Assembly: GCA_023380615.1 (NCBI GenBank)
Contig: JAMCRO010000019.1
Location: 1,706-65,705, forward strand
Length of the DNA: 64,000 nt
Reading direction: 5' to 3'
DNA from: Candidatus Parvarchaeota archaeon
GTDB taxonomy: Archaea; Nanobdellota; Nanobdellia; Parvarchaeales; Parvarchaeaceae
The notes under the pieces were generated by a model. It ran no database searches and had not been told where the DNA came from. It worked only from the letters and a program-made list of their open reading frames with translations. Below, piece by piece: positions 1-9,578 of this stretch (its first letter is position 1; every line of letters starts with the position of its first letter). The position numbers and the translations under genes were made by a program.

Positions 1-383
1 TTCGCATTTACAGCGGCTGCTGATAAGGTTAAAGTGTTTAGAGACGGAAAATATGATTTAACTGCAGATATCAAGGCTGAGTTGGCTGAGGAGTTTAATG
101 ATGTTGAATTTGAAGAATTTGTGATTGTAGTTGTAGTTTTGTGGTTTAATCCTAGTGTATTTCTTATTAGAGCTCTTACTCCCAATATATTAAAATGGTA
201 TAGCACATAAGCCAGTATAAGCAATAGTATTATGACTATTACTGCAATTACAACATATTTATTAATTTTTTTTGGATTATTACCAGTAGTTTCTAATTTT
301 TCATCAGAAGGAAACACGTTTATGTCTTTATCTCCCGCATTTATAGTCTCTTGATTTGTATTTTTGTCTTCAGGGTTATCCAT
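1..383 (-). CDS. Membrane-anchored hypothetical protein, runs off window edge; paralog of 1955..3109
   Basis: Manual translation MDNPEDK...KKINKYVVIAVIVIILLLILAYVLYHFNILGVRALIRNTLGL...ANSAL matches KINKYIVIAVVVIIILLIIAYFLYHYNILGVRIFVRHTLGL...ANSAL; TTTAAA box at 407-412. Confidence 0.85.
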   Translation of the reverse strand, partial: MDNPEDKNTNQETINAGDKDINVFPSDEKLETTGNNPKKINKYVVIAVIVIILLLILAYVLYHFNILGVRALIRNTLGLNHKTTTTITNSSNSTSLNSSANSALISAVKSYFPSLNTLTLSAAAVNA

Positions 384-597
384 GACTATTAAATTTTGTT
401 TTGCTATTTAAAGTTTATTTTGATTTGTATTTTAAATTTTTTATGACAATATTAAACCCCTTTTCGTGTTTGAAAAATTATAGGATAATGAGATTATATT
501 TCATATAAGCTAATGATCTGTTTATATAAAACACTGCTGGAAGTAAAAACCAACTTATGATAAGAATTGACCTAAAAATTAACTATTTAACATAAAA

Positions 598-1401
598 ATG
601 TTTCATAACAAAATGGATGAAAAATCTGAATTAATTAAAATGTTTGATTTAACCGGAAAATCGGCTATAGTAACAGGGGCTTCAAGCGGCTTGGGCATAA
701 GTTTTACAGAGGCCTTAGCAGAGGCTGGTGCCGATGTTGTGATCTGTGCTAGAAGGGACGAAAAATTAATAGAAAACGCGGACAGAATAAGCAAGTACAC
801 AAATAGGAAAATAATACCTGTAAAGGCAGATTTGACAAAAGAAGAGGACATAATAAATGTTGTTAAGGTTGCTGAGGAAAAACTCCAGAAAATAGACATA
901 CTTATAAACAATGCCGGCTCCGCCGTAGCAGGCCCTTCTTTAAATCTAAAGAAAGAAGATTGGCAAAAAGTACTTGATGTCGATATCTCTGCAGTGTTTA
1001 TCTTTTCACAGAAAGTGATAGCAAGCATGATTGCTCACAATGTAAAAGGCAGCATAATAAACATAGCGTCCATTTATGGGTTGTTTGGTGACATAATACC
1101 TGCAGCACCGTACTACGCAAGTAAGGGCGCAGTGGTTAATCTTACAAGGGCAATGGCAGTTGAATTTGCCGGCCAGAATATACGGATAAATGCAATTGCC
1201 CCTGGCTTTTTCCCGAGTGAGATGACAAACGACTTATTAAAAGACAGAGCAGTTCTTGATCATATTACGCAGAGAACCCCGATGGGAAGAGTAGGTAATC
1301 CTAATGAACTTAAGGGCGCAGCAGTATTTCTTGCCTCAAATGCTTCTTCTTATGTTACAGGGCATATTCTCGCAGTTGACGGGGGATGGAGTTCGGTCTG
1401 A
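598..1401 (+). CDS. Short-chain dehydrogenase/reductase (gluconate 5-dehydrogenase/FabG-like); true start may be 613 or 640
   Basis: TGASSGLG Rossmann motif, NNAG, YYASK catalytic motif, VDGG C-terminus. Confidence 0.93.
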   Translation: MFHNKMDEKSELIKMFDLTGKSAIVTGASSGLGISFTEALAEAGADVVICARRDEKLIENADRISKYTNRKIIPVKADLTKEEDIINVVKVAEEKLQKIDILINNAGSAVAGPSLNLKKEDWQKVLDVDISAVFIFSQKVIASMIAHNVKGSIINIASIYGLFGDIIPAAPYYASKGAVVNLTRAMAVEFAGQNIRINAIAPGFFPSEMTNDLLKDRAVLDHITQRTPMGRVGNPNELKGAAVFLASNASSYVTGHILAVDGGWSSV

Positions 1402-1509
1402 TCACATACGGCAGAGTCAAAAGATAAGAATTTAAAGTATTACATTGAAAATTACAGAAACTTAAGGGATGTAACTCTATGTTATCTTTTTGATAAAAAG
1501 ACAAATAAA

Positions 1510-1941
1510 GTGCTCATAGCAATGAAGAAAAGAGGATTCGGTGCCGGAAAGCTTAACGGTGTAGGCGGAAAAGTTGAAAAAGGAGAAAGCATAACCGATG
1601 CACTTGTTAGGGAAACAAAGGAAGAAATAAATGTAAATCTTAAGGAATTTGAAAAAGTTGCAGTAATAAATTTCTACTTTAAGAACAATCCAGTTGACAA
1701 GGACTTTAATCAGAGAGCACACGTATTTATTGCTTACAGATGGGATGGAGAGCCTGCTGAAAGTGAGGAAATGGCTCCGCAGTGGATAGATATCAAAAGA
1801 TTGCCGCTTGAAAAGATGTGGTCTGATGATAAATATTGGCTGCCTGAGATAATCTCGGGTAAAAAGCTTATTGCGTCTTTTTTATTCAACGATGAAAATG
1901 GTATAGCAGAGATGGATCTAAAGGAAGTAAAAGGCTTTTAA
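1510..1941 (+). CDS. Nudix hydrolase, MTH1/NUDT1-like 8-oxo-dGTP diphosphatase; coding frame extends upstream of 1510
   Basis: KKRGFGAGK, Nudix box GGKVEKGESITDALVRETKEE, ESEEMAPQW, MWSDD.YW. Confidence 0.9.
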   Translation: MLIAMKKRGFGAGKLNGVGGKVEKGESITDALVRETKEEINVNLKEFEKVAVINFYFKNNPVDKDFNQRAHVFIAYRWDGEPAESEEMAPQWIDIKRLPLEKMWSDDKYWLPEIISGKKLIASFLFNDENGIAEMDLKEVKGF

Positions 1942-1954
1942 TTCCTTTAATGCA

Positions 1955-3109
1955 TTATTTGGTAAACTCCTGAAGAGTAACGCCTTTAATGAAGTTATTG
2001 AATCCTGAATTGAGTTCATTTACATAGTTGTTTCCATCAGAAAGAGCCGATATTTCATAAAGACTGGAATTGTCTACCGCAAGGACTGTTATCACCTCTG
2101 ATTGATTGACTTTAACTAAATATGGGGAGAACTTTACTAGGCCTACAAACCCGCTAAGGCTGCTTATGCTATAATTCGTTCCTATGTTAAAATCATTTTC
2201 GTATTCACTTGCATTGCATTTTTCTTCCGGAAAAAGAACATTAAAGGTTTCATTTGGTTTTATGACTGCTATAGAAGAGTTGAATACTGTGCTGTTTAAA
2301 GGGGTCATATTAGCAATTGAATAGATCGAAGCATTTGTTATTTTAACTGTCTGATTCAATTTACTCCGTAGACTAGCATCAAATCCTGAACTATTGCATT
2401 TGTATCCCGTCAGATTAAATGCTCCATAAGATTCAGAAAGCGAGGAATTCGAAGGAGGAGTGGTATTCTCTATTGCCTCAACTGCAGGTATGCCTCCAAC
2501 AGTTATGTTATAAAGCTTTTGGGAATTGGACAAAGCATAATAGTAGTAGCTAAGGCTTTCGTTGTTTTTCAGGGTTCCCAGTAAAAGAAGCATTCCATTT
2601 AACCCCTCTGGAGAAGAGCCATTTTCAATTGCTGTTGCAGCATTTCCCGTGCCGAAAAGTACGTAGCTTTCAAAAGAAGTTGAATTAAGTCCTTCTGCGT
2701 TTTCAGCCTTCAATGAAAGGTTTATCCTATTAATACCAGCAAAATTACTTGAAATTAATGTATTTAGAGCTGAGTTTGCAGCAGTATTAGTAGTAGAGCT
2801 AGGCGTGCTTAAACCCAGAGTGTGTCTTACAAAGATCCTTACTCCTAATATGTTGTAGTGATAAAGGAAATATGCAATTATAAGAAGGATTATGATAACG
2901 ACTACTGCAATTACTATATATTTATTAATCTTGATTTCACTGCCAGGACTATTAGGTATGCTATCATCAGAAGGAAGCACATTGCTATTGGAAGATTTTT
3001 CCTCTTTATTATTTTGACCGTTATCTGCGGGAACATTTTTACTGTTGTTATCTGCAGGCGTACTTTCCTTCTCTGTTTTATTGGTTGGATTACTGGGTAC
3101 TTCGTCCAT
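1955..3109 (-). CDS. Single-TM membrane-anchored surface protein of unknown function
   Basis: Polar N-terminus, hydrophobic helix near aa 64-83, N-x-S/T-rich ectodomain; TTTAAA at 3133-3138. Confidence 0.8.
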   Translation of the reverse strand: MDEVPSNPTNKTEKESTPADNNSKNVPADNGQNNKEEKSSNSNVLPSDDSIPNSPGSEIKINKYIVIAVVVIIILLIIAYFLYHYNILGVRIFVRHTLGLSTPSSTTNTAANSALNTLISSNFAGINRINLSLKAENAEGLNSTSFESYVLFGTGNAATAIENGSSPEGLNGMLLLLGTLKNNESLSYYYYALSNSQKLYNITVGGIPAVEAIENTTPPSNSSLSESYGAFNLTGYKCNSSGFDASLRSKLNQTVKITNASIYSIANMTPLNSTVFNSSIAVIKPNETFNVLFPEEKCNASEYENDFNIGTNYSISSLSGFVGLVKFSPYLVKVNQSEVITVLAVDNSSLYEISALSDGNNYVNELNSGFNNFIKGVTLQEFTK

Positions 3110-3213
3110 TTTATATCAAAATTTTGGTGATATTTAAACGTTATCTATAACACTAGCAAGGATATTTTTAATACCAAATGATTTAAATATTCCGATTACT
3201 TAAAAAATATCTT

Positions 3214-3726
3214 ATGATGGATAAAATCAGAGAGATGAGCGGATTAACCGACAGAAATATAGTTGATTTTCTTGAAATTAAAAATGGATATAGCATTATT
3301 GATATCGGAGGAAGGGACGGCTTCTTCAGCAAAAAAATGCTGGAAAAAACCAATGATGTCAGTGTTTTGGATTTGAATGATATGTATTTTGACGAACTTA
3401 AACAAGCTGGCATAAAAACCATAAAGGCAGACATTTGTGATTACTCTTCTGGATCATTTGATTTAGTTTTCATGTCAAACGTTTACCATGATCTTGTGCA
3501 GGAATGCGGCAATAAAGCCTTGAAAAATATAAACAAAATTGCAAAGAGATACATAGCCATACTCGATTTCAAGCCGGAAGATACCATGTTCGGCCCTCCT
3601 GTAAGCATAAGACTAAGCAAGGAGAAGGTCATAGCTGATCTGGAAAGCATACACTTCAAACTATTAAAAGAGAAGGAGTTAAAATATCATTACTTTCTAT
3701 TTTTTGAGCGGGAAAACAAGGATTAA
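3214..3726 (+). CDS. Class I SAM-dependent methyltransferase
   Basis: IIDIGGRDGFF motif I, FDLVFMSNVYHD, FGPP.SIRLS. Confidence 0.85.
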   Translation: MMDKIREMSGLTDRNIVDFLEIKNGYSIIDIGGRDGFFSKKMLEKTNDVSVLDLNDMYFDELKQAGIKTIKADICDYSSGSFDLVFMSNVYHDLVQECGNKALKNINKIAKRYIAILDFKPEDTMFGPPVSIRLSKEKVIADLESIHFKLLKEKELKYHYFLFFERENKD

Positions 3727-3759
3727 AGTTATAAATATATACTCTAATCTTTAAATTTA

Positions 3760-4401
3760 ATGGTCTTAAGCCAAGTATTGATCCAAGAAGAAAGGGACCG
3801 TAAGATAATCAAGAAAAAGTACAATGGATTTAATTCTTACAAGTGGATTTTATCCCCGTTATTCCAGCTATTTTACCCGTTTGCTGCTTTGTCAAAAAGC
3901 AGGCTTGAAAGGGAACTAGAGTTCCTGAATTCCAACAACGATATAAAAAAGCCAAAAGTCTACTCTTTTGATCTTAGCAATAAAGAGCTAAATAGAGAGT
4001 ACGTTGACGGAAAAGTAGATTACTGCGAGGGGTCGAAATTAGGAAAATTGTTTTCAGATATACACAAAGAAGGTTATTCTCTTGGAGATTCAAAGCTTGA
4101 TAACTTTATATGTAATTCCGAAGGAGCATATATAATAGATTCGGAACAGGCAATAAAAACCAATAAGGAAAGGTACAGGTATTGGGATGTATCTCTGTTA
4201 ATACTGTCGGCTGCATACTATAACTATTCAAATAAATCAGGTTTTAAGGGTTTTCTGGACGGCTTTTCAAAGGAATATAAATACTGGCAGGATTACCAGA
4301 AAAAAGCAATAAAAGGAGTGTATTCACTGCTGTTTATTTTTATGCCTGTTCAGCATATTCCTAGCTTAAAAAGTGCATTATACAAAGTAAATCCCAATTG
4401 A
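3760..4401 (+). CDS. Protein-kinase-like (Bud32/RIO/Kdo-kinase-like) protein
   Basis: RLERE helix-C Glu, HKEGYSLGDSKLDNF catalytic loop, IIDSEQ metal-binding motif. Confidence 0.7.
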   Translation: MVLSQVLIQEERDRKIIKKKYNGFNSYKWILSPLFQLFYPFAALSKSRLERELEFLNSNNDIKKPKVYSFDLSNKELNREYVDGKVDYCEGSKLGKLFSDIHKEGYSLGDSKLDNFICNSEGAYIIDSEQAIKTNKERYRYWDVSLLILSAAYYNYSNKSGFKGFLDGFSKEYKYWQDYQKKAIKGVYSLLFIFMPVQHIPSLKSALYKVNPN

Positions 4402-4409
4402 TAAATTTT

Positions 4410-4964
4410 CTATTTTTTCAACCTTATAGCCCATTCCGCAAGCTTTTGCACAAGGTCCTTTATTAATGTCACAGTATCTTCGTCAACAAACAGGCCGTTT
4501 TCAATCTTTTCGCCCGCTCCTCCTATAAAAATCTGAGGTCTTTCAAGGGGATGCGCATTGAGAAATGAAAATATCTGTCTTAGATGGTACTGTGCTACTG
4601 CAGTTCCGATTATAGCACCGCCGCTTGCTCCTATTGTTGCAACGGCTTTGTCATCAAACGAATTGTCACCGTAAGGCCTAGAAGCCCAATCTATTGCATT
4701 TTTTAGAACTCCGGGTATGGATCTATCATATTCAGGTGTAGCTATCAATACTGCATCTGCCTTCTTTATCTTTTCCTTGAAGATCTTTACGCTTTCAGGC
4801 ATTCCCTTTTCCTCATCTTGATTGAACAGAGGTATGTCTTTCAAGTCAAGTATCTCTATTTCTATGTTTTCAGGCGCGTATTTCTTAGCGGTGTTTATTA
4901 TTGCCTTGTTGAATGAGTCCTTTCTAAGGCTTCCAGCGATTGCTGCTATTCTTATTTTTTCCAT
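4410..4964 (-). CDS. NAD(P)H-dependent FMN reductase (ChrR/SsuE family)
   Basis: GSLRKDSFN, ATPEYDRSIPGVLKNAIDWASRP. Confidence 0.93.
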   Translation of the reverse strand: MEKIRIAAIAGSLRKDSFNKAIINTAKKYAPENIEIEILDLKDIPLFNQDEEKGMPESVKIFKEKIKKADAVLIATPEYDRSIPGVLKNAIDWASRPYGDNSFDDKAVATIGASGGAIIGTAVAQYHLRQIFSFLNAHPLERPQIFIGGAGEKIENGLFVDEDTVTLIKDLVQKLAEWAIRLKK

Positions 4965-5020
4965 TTTTTAATCATGCATTGAATGAATATAAATCTTTTG
5001 ATAATATCGTAGGAGCGATA

Positions 5021-6073
5021 TTACCTTGTAAAGGAAAGAATGTCTGTTCTTATGTTGTTAAGCCTGTCCAAAGGAAAGCTGTATAACTCATCAAATTTAA
5101 GGCCGAAGTCTGCAAAGAACTGCTTGTAAGAATCCAAAGCCTTTATGGAATGACGATAGGCTATGTATGATGAAGGCAATATGTGGTGTTTTATGCTAAG
5201 CGGTGAGAACACCAGTTTTCCGCCCGGATTAATTGAAGAAAGAATACTTTGTGCAAATAAGATATAAGAAGGCTGGTATATGAAAGAGTTCAATGCTACT
5301 ATGCCATTGTATCTTTTGTTTGAATGGAAACTCTCCGCTATTCCTCTGATGAAATGCACTTTACTGCCGAAATTTTTAATAAGATGGTATCTTGATTCGG
5401 GAGAAAGTTCAACAATGTCAACGCTGCCGAATTTTTCTATTAACCTTTTCGTTATTTCTCCAAATCCAGGGTTTATCTGCAGTATCGGTGCTTTAATCCT
5501 GTCTAAGATACTTCCAATTTTGTCTGCCAGTCTTTTATCAAGATAGTTTTTATACTTATAGAAAGGTGAGAGTTTTCCGGACCAATAGGAAAACTGCTCA
5601 AAGGAATAAACAGCGCGGTTGTCAAAGGCATTTTTTATCCTATAGTACTCTGCTTTTAATACTGGAAAACGAAGTGAAAGGAAATACATTGCATCTACTA
5701 CCCTCCAGCTTACGTTGAGCATTGTTTTTATATCACTTATTTTTACCCATTTTACTCCAAGCGTTTCCTTATCCTTCAAATCAGTTGCCTTTGGCTCACC
5801 GGAAAATGAAGTTGACAGGAAAAAATGGTTTATTTCCGTGTTTATCCAATGTATCCCCTGGTTCTTTGCACCCAGCCACATGGGGTTCTTTATGTCTATA
5901 TCTACTTCTTCCTTTGTTTCCCTTTTGACAGCTTCTTCAGGTGTTTCCCCCTCTTCCATTCCGCCGCCGGGAACCTCCCAAATACGGCCATGCTTTGCTT
6001 TTCTTAAATCAAGAAGTATGTAGTTTCCCTTTTTGACTATGCTTATTGCTGCCTGTCCTTCCAGCCGTTCCAT
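5021..6073 (-). CDS. Nudix hydrolase fused to a methyltransferase-like domain
   Basis: WEVPGGGMEEGETPEEAVKRETKEE; C-terminal ILQINPGFG, VELSP, INPGGKL; start MERLEG at 6073 preferred over 6088. Confidence 0.8.
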   Translation of the reverse strand: MERLEGQAAISIVKKGNYILLDLRKAKHGRIWEVPGGGMEEGETPEEAVKRETKEEVDIDIKNPMWLGAKNQGIHWINTEINHFFLSTSFSGEPKATDLKDKETLGVKWVKISDIKTMLNVSWRVVDAMYFLSLRFPVLKAEYYRIKNAFDNRAVYSFEQFSYWSGKLSPFYKYKNYLDKRLADKIGSILDRIKAPILQINPGFGEITKRLIEKFGSVDIVELSPESRYHLIKNFGSKVHFIRGIAESFHSNKRYNGIVALNSFIYQPSYILFAQSILSSINPGGKLVFSPLSIKHHILPSSYIAYRHSIKALDSYKQFFADFGLKFDELYSFPLDRLNNIRTDILSFTR

Positions 6074-6148
6074 ATAATAACAGAACATACAGTACTAATA
6101 TGTTTTATGGGTAAAAGGATATATAGAGTACGCTGCAATAATAAATGA

Positions 6149-7357
6149 ATGAATGACACAAGTAAAGAAGAAAAAACATTCAAATTCTTTTTATTATCAA
6201 GAGCATCCAGGAGTGTAGCCTTAATATTTGTCACATTATCCCTACCTCTTTACCTGTTTGCACTTCATTATAACATAATCTCAATAGGCATAATCTACTT
6301 CGTTATAATGGCGTTCAATGCCGGCCTGTCGGTTCTTCTTGGTGCATTAGGCGACAGGGTAGGGTATAAAAAATCACTAATAATCGGGGAGGTTTTTCCC
6401 CTTGCGGCTTTGGTATTGCTTGCCCTTTCAGTCAATTTCTTTGTCATAGTCATAGCCGCAATAATTGGAGGAATAGCAGGCGCTGCCGGTGGGATGCGCG
6501 GGACTTTCTCACCTGGATCTACGGCACTCATAGTAAGCAATTGGAAAGACGGCAAAGAGAGGGTAAAAAAACTGGCTTATACAACTTACGTTGGCTCTGC
6601 ATTTGCCATATTCGGCAGCCTAATGCTTTATCTTAAGTCTTTTTTTGTCAGTTCTGTCGGAATAATAGGCAGTTTCAGGTTGTTATTTGGATTCTCTGCT
6701 TTTATGGTTTTAATATCCCTGCTTGCACTGCTGTTTGTTGCAGAGGTAAAAAGACCAAAAAAGACGACCAGAGTGATGAAAAAAGGAAGCATGCACTATT
6801 CTCTTAAAGTTATTCTTGCCAATTCATTCAACGGCTTTGGATTAGGAATGGCACTGCCACTTCTTCCCTTATGGTTTGAACTGCGTTTCGGCGTAAACAG
6901 CAGCCTTATTGGTATAATATATACTATTTCATACGCGGCTACTGCAATTGCCGCATTCGCAGCATCAAAGAAAGCTTATTCCCCAAGATTTTCAATGCTT
7001 TTCACTGCTTCTTATACAAGGACCCTGCAGGGAGTAATGCTCATAATAATAGCATTTTCTCCACTGTTTATTATCTCATCCTTTTTCTTTGCTTTTCGTT
7101 CATTTATAGCAGGTTTTGGCTCCCCTTCCAGAAGTGCAGTAAACATGAGCGGAGTTGATTCTCAGGATTACGGCACTGCATCAAGTGTAATGGGCCTTGC
7201 GAACAGACTGGCGCAAACAAGCTCAGGTTTATCCGGTTACTTAATGGACATTTCCCTGCCATTTCCGGTTCTTTTCGGAGGTATACTTCAATCTGTTGGA
7301 GGGTTTATCTACTTCAAGGTATTGTCCTCCAATAAAAAAAGGGTTTATAAGCGATGA
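6149..7357 (+). CDS. MFS transporter
   Basis: About 12 hydrophobic segments, motif A GALGDRVGYKK. Confidence 0.9.
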   Translation: MNDTSKEEKTFKFFLLSRASRSVALIFVTLSLPLYLFALHYNIISIGIIYFVIMAFNAGLSVLLGALGDRVGYKKSLIIGEVFPLAALVLLALSVNFFVIVIAAIIGGIAGAAGGMRGTFSPGSTALIVSNWKDGKERVKKLAYTTYVGSAFAIFGSLMLYLKSFFVSSVGIIGSFRLLFGFSAFMVLISLLALLFVAEVKRPKKTTRVMKKGSMHYSLKVILANSFNGFGLGMALPLLPLWFELRFGVNSSLIGIIYTISYAATAIAAFAASKKAYSPRFSMLFTASYTRTLQGVMLIIIAFSPLFIISSFFFAFRSFIAGFGSPSRSAVNMSGVDSQDYGTASSVMGLANRLAQTSSGLSGYLMDISLPFPVLFGGILQSVGGFIYFKVLSSNKKRVYKR

Positions 7358-7372
7358 TTTTTTTAAGGTATA

Positions 7373-7933
7373 ATGGGCTTAGATTCCATAATTGAAGATG
7401 AAAACAAAGAGATTCCTATAAAGAAAAATCTCAAATATTATGTTGGCAAGGCTTCTTCCGGCTTAAAAAGATTCTATAAAGACAACCTATCAGTTAAATT
7501 CAAGCTTCTTTATGAAAGTGCGGCCATGTTTTCTGATAGGATACTTACTTATTTTGGCCTTGAATACCAGAGTGGGCAGGAAGCCAACCCGATTATGGCA
7601 AAGCTGTTCAATTACATAGGAATAATCCCTGCTGCTATAAGCTCCTACATAATAGCGAACGTTTCTCTGTATGTTTTTTCTTCCAAAATGCATAAAAAAG
7701 TTGGTTTACAAAATAGGCAAATGCTCGGAAGCATATATTTAGGCATGGGTGGAGCGGAATCTCTGGTCTCGCTGCACAATTATCTTTCAATTAACAACTA
7801 CAATGATATAATAGCAAACATGGGCTATCTGCAATCGTTTATACCTCTTTCAGTAATCTGCGTTTCCCCTTTTTTATATTACTGGAGCAAGGAATACCTG
7901 CATAAAAAGAAAGAAGCTAAAACAAATCTTTAG
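7373..7933 (+). CDS. Hypothetical membrane protein
   Basis: 186-aa ORF with 3-4 hydrophobic segments and an EANPIM motif. Confidence 0.7.
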   Translation: MGLDSIIEDENKEIPIKKNLKYYVGKASSGLKRFYKDNLSVKFKLLYESAAMFSDRILTYFGLEYQSGQEANPIMAKLFNYIGIIPAAISSYIIANVSLYVFSSKMHKKVGLQNRQMLGSIYLGMGGAESLVSLHNYLSINNYNDIIANMGYLQSFIPLSVICVSPFLYYWSKEYLHKKKEAKTNL

Positions 7934-8805
7934 AGATCGAACTGTAAATTAAATACATGCAGGTCCTTTGATTTTTCTATCGGCCTTAACTTTGGTACAT
8001 ATTTGCCGGAAACCCTTATTTCTGCCTTTTTGAATCCATCAACGGCCGCAATGTACCCGTTATTGTTTATAGCACTCTCAGTAGAGGAATTACCGCATGA
8101 AGACAATATCTGGAGGTCTAAATTGTCTATGCCGTATTTTTTCAGTATGCCTGCATCGGCGCATATCTCAACCGAGGTGTTTATGCCGTTGAAGTTTATT
8201 ACAGGGTTTTTGCCATAGGATAATGAATAGTTTCTTTTTTCGTATTCTTTATATTTTGTTTCAGAGGGGTATAACTTTAATGCCCCTTCCAAATTAAAAT
8301 TTGAGCTAAGGCCATCGTTGAACTTATAAACGCTCTTTATCACCTCTCCGTTCCTTAATATGGGCATTACGTTGTACAGCGCCCTTTTTTCATCGTAAAA
8401 CATCGCGGTTCCTGGAAAAATGAGCATGTCCGAGCCTCTGCTTGCCAGTTTAAGCCCTTTTAGCAGTTTTTCATACTCTCTCTTTGAGTAAGGTATACTG
8501 GGAACATTTTCAAATACCGACCCATTATCTATTTGTTCTTCAAGGATTTTTCTTGCATCCCTTGGTGCATATTCACTGTAATCAGGCGCATTAAACAGCA
8601 CTTTAATTGCATCCTTTGCCTTGCTATTTCTGATAAATTTTCTAGGATATACTCCCGAAATGGATGTAAGACTCCATTCCGGCCCTACCAATATGTCTAT
8701 TTCTCTGTCTTTAGCATTATAGATGTTGCTAATTACTTCATAAGGATTTCCATTGTAATTAGTTTCAATGTTATTCATTGCCCCAAGAAGCATTTCTATT
8801 TTCAT
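7930..8805 (-). CDS. Carbon-nitrogen hydrolase (nitrilase superfamily)
   Basis: Glu-Lys-Cys triad contexts VGPEW, VYKFNDG, EICAD. Confidence 0.75.
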   Translation of the reverse strand: MKIEMLLGAMNNIETNYNGNPYEVISNIYNAKDREIDILVGPEWSLTSISGVYPRKFIRNSKAKDAIKVLFNAPDYSEYAPRDARKILEEQIDNGSVFENVPSIPYSKREYEKLLKGLKLASRGSDMLIFPGTAMFYDEKRALYNVMPILRNGEVIKSVYKFNDGLSSNFNLEGALKLYPSETKYKEYEKRNYSLSYGKNPVINFNGINTSVEICADAGILKKYGIDNLDLQILSSCGNSSTESAINNNGYIAAVDGFKKAEIRVSGKYVPKLRPIEKSKDLHVFNLQFDL

Positions 8806-8866
8806 TTTCTCTATTAGAAAGTAAATAATATTAATAGTTTTTGCTTCCTTAGAAACTAAAAATTAA

Positions 8867-9508
8867 TTAAGGAGGAGCTGCGAGGTGGGCAGGAACCGCG
8901 GCTCCACCAATATAGGCTGCAAGTATCGAGCCTAAGGTTAAGAAAAGTAAAAAGAGTACTATGTAAATTATCCAGCTTTTATTCAATGGTTTATTGCTAC
9001 CATTTTCCCTATACCTATCCATTGCCAGTGTAGTCGGATAAGCGAATATGCCCGCAATACCGAAAGCAGTGTATAGTCCAAGAAGTGCTATTGGAGAACT
9101 GGTATACCCTAGATTATAGCCGGAAATGCCGTATTCTATCAGCACTAAGCCCATAAACAATGCAATAAGTCCAACATACTGCAGTTTTTGGTTATATTTA
9201 ACGGATAACACGAATCCAAGAGTAAGTATGCCTAACATTATAAATGGATCATAGAATAGTAAATCATATGCACCCGGTAAATTCCAAGTCATTTCTCCAT
9301 AAAAGCCCATTACAAGAATGAATACCGCTATGGCTGCAAACATAAATATTGAACCCTGTAAATGCGATTCTATGCTCAATTTTGAATTTGATTTATTTAC
9401 ATACCTTGCTCTGTAATCCCTGTAAATAGAAATTACAGTATAATCCATAAGAAATCCGATGAATGCAACGAAGAATAATGATAATGCCAATTCATCTATA
9501 AATCCCAT
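8867..9508 (-). CDS. DUF981-family membrane protein
   Basis: MGFIDEL start, TWNLPGAYDLLFYDP motif, C-terminal AHL..PP, 6 TM. Confidence 0.8.
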   Translation of the reverse strand: MGFIDELALSLFFVAFIGFLMDYTVISIYRDYRARYVNKSNSKLSIESHLQGSIFMFAAIAVFILVMGFYGEMTWNLPGAYDLLFYDPFIMLGILTLGFVLSVKYNQKLQYVGLIALFMGLVLIEYGISGYNLGYTSSPIALLGLYTAFGIAGIFAYPTTLAMDRYRENGSNKPLNKSWIIYIVLFLLFLTLGSILAAYIGGAAVPAHLAAPP

Positions 9509-9578
9509 AGCTAATGAAGCATTTCTTTGATTATAAAGCCTTACTATTCATTTGGTTATTATTTAAGAGGCATAATTT

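Noticed and set aside
1399-1401. Genome-wide TGA recoding
   Set aside because: TGA ends many genes at their natural C-termini (SDR, glpA, glpQ, bcp, ATGA overlaps), so the standard code 11 fits
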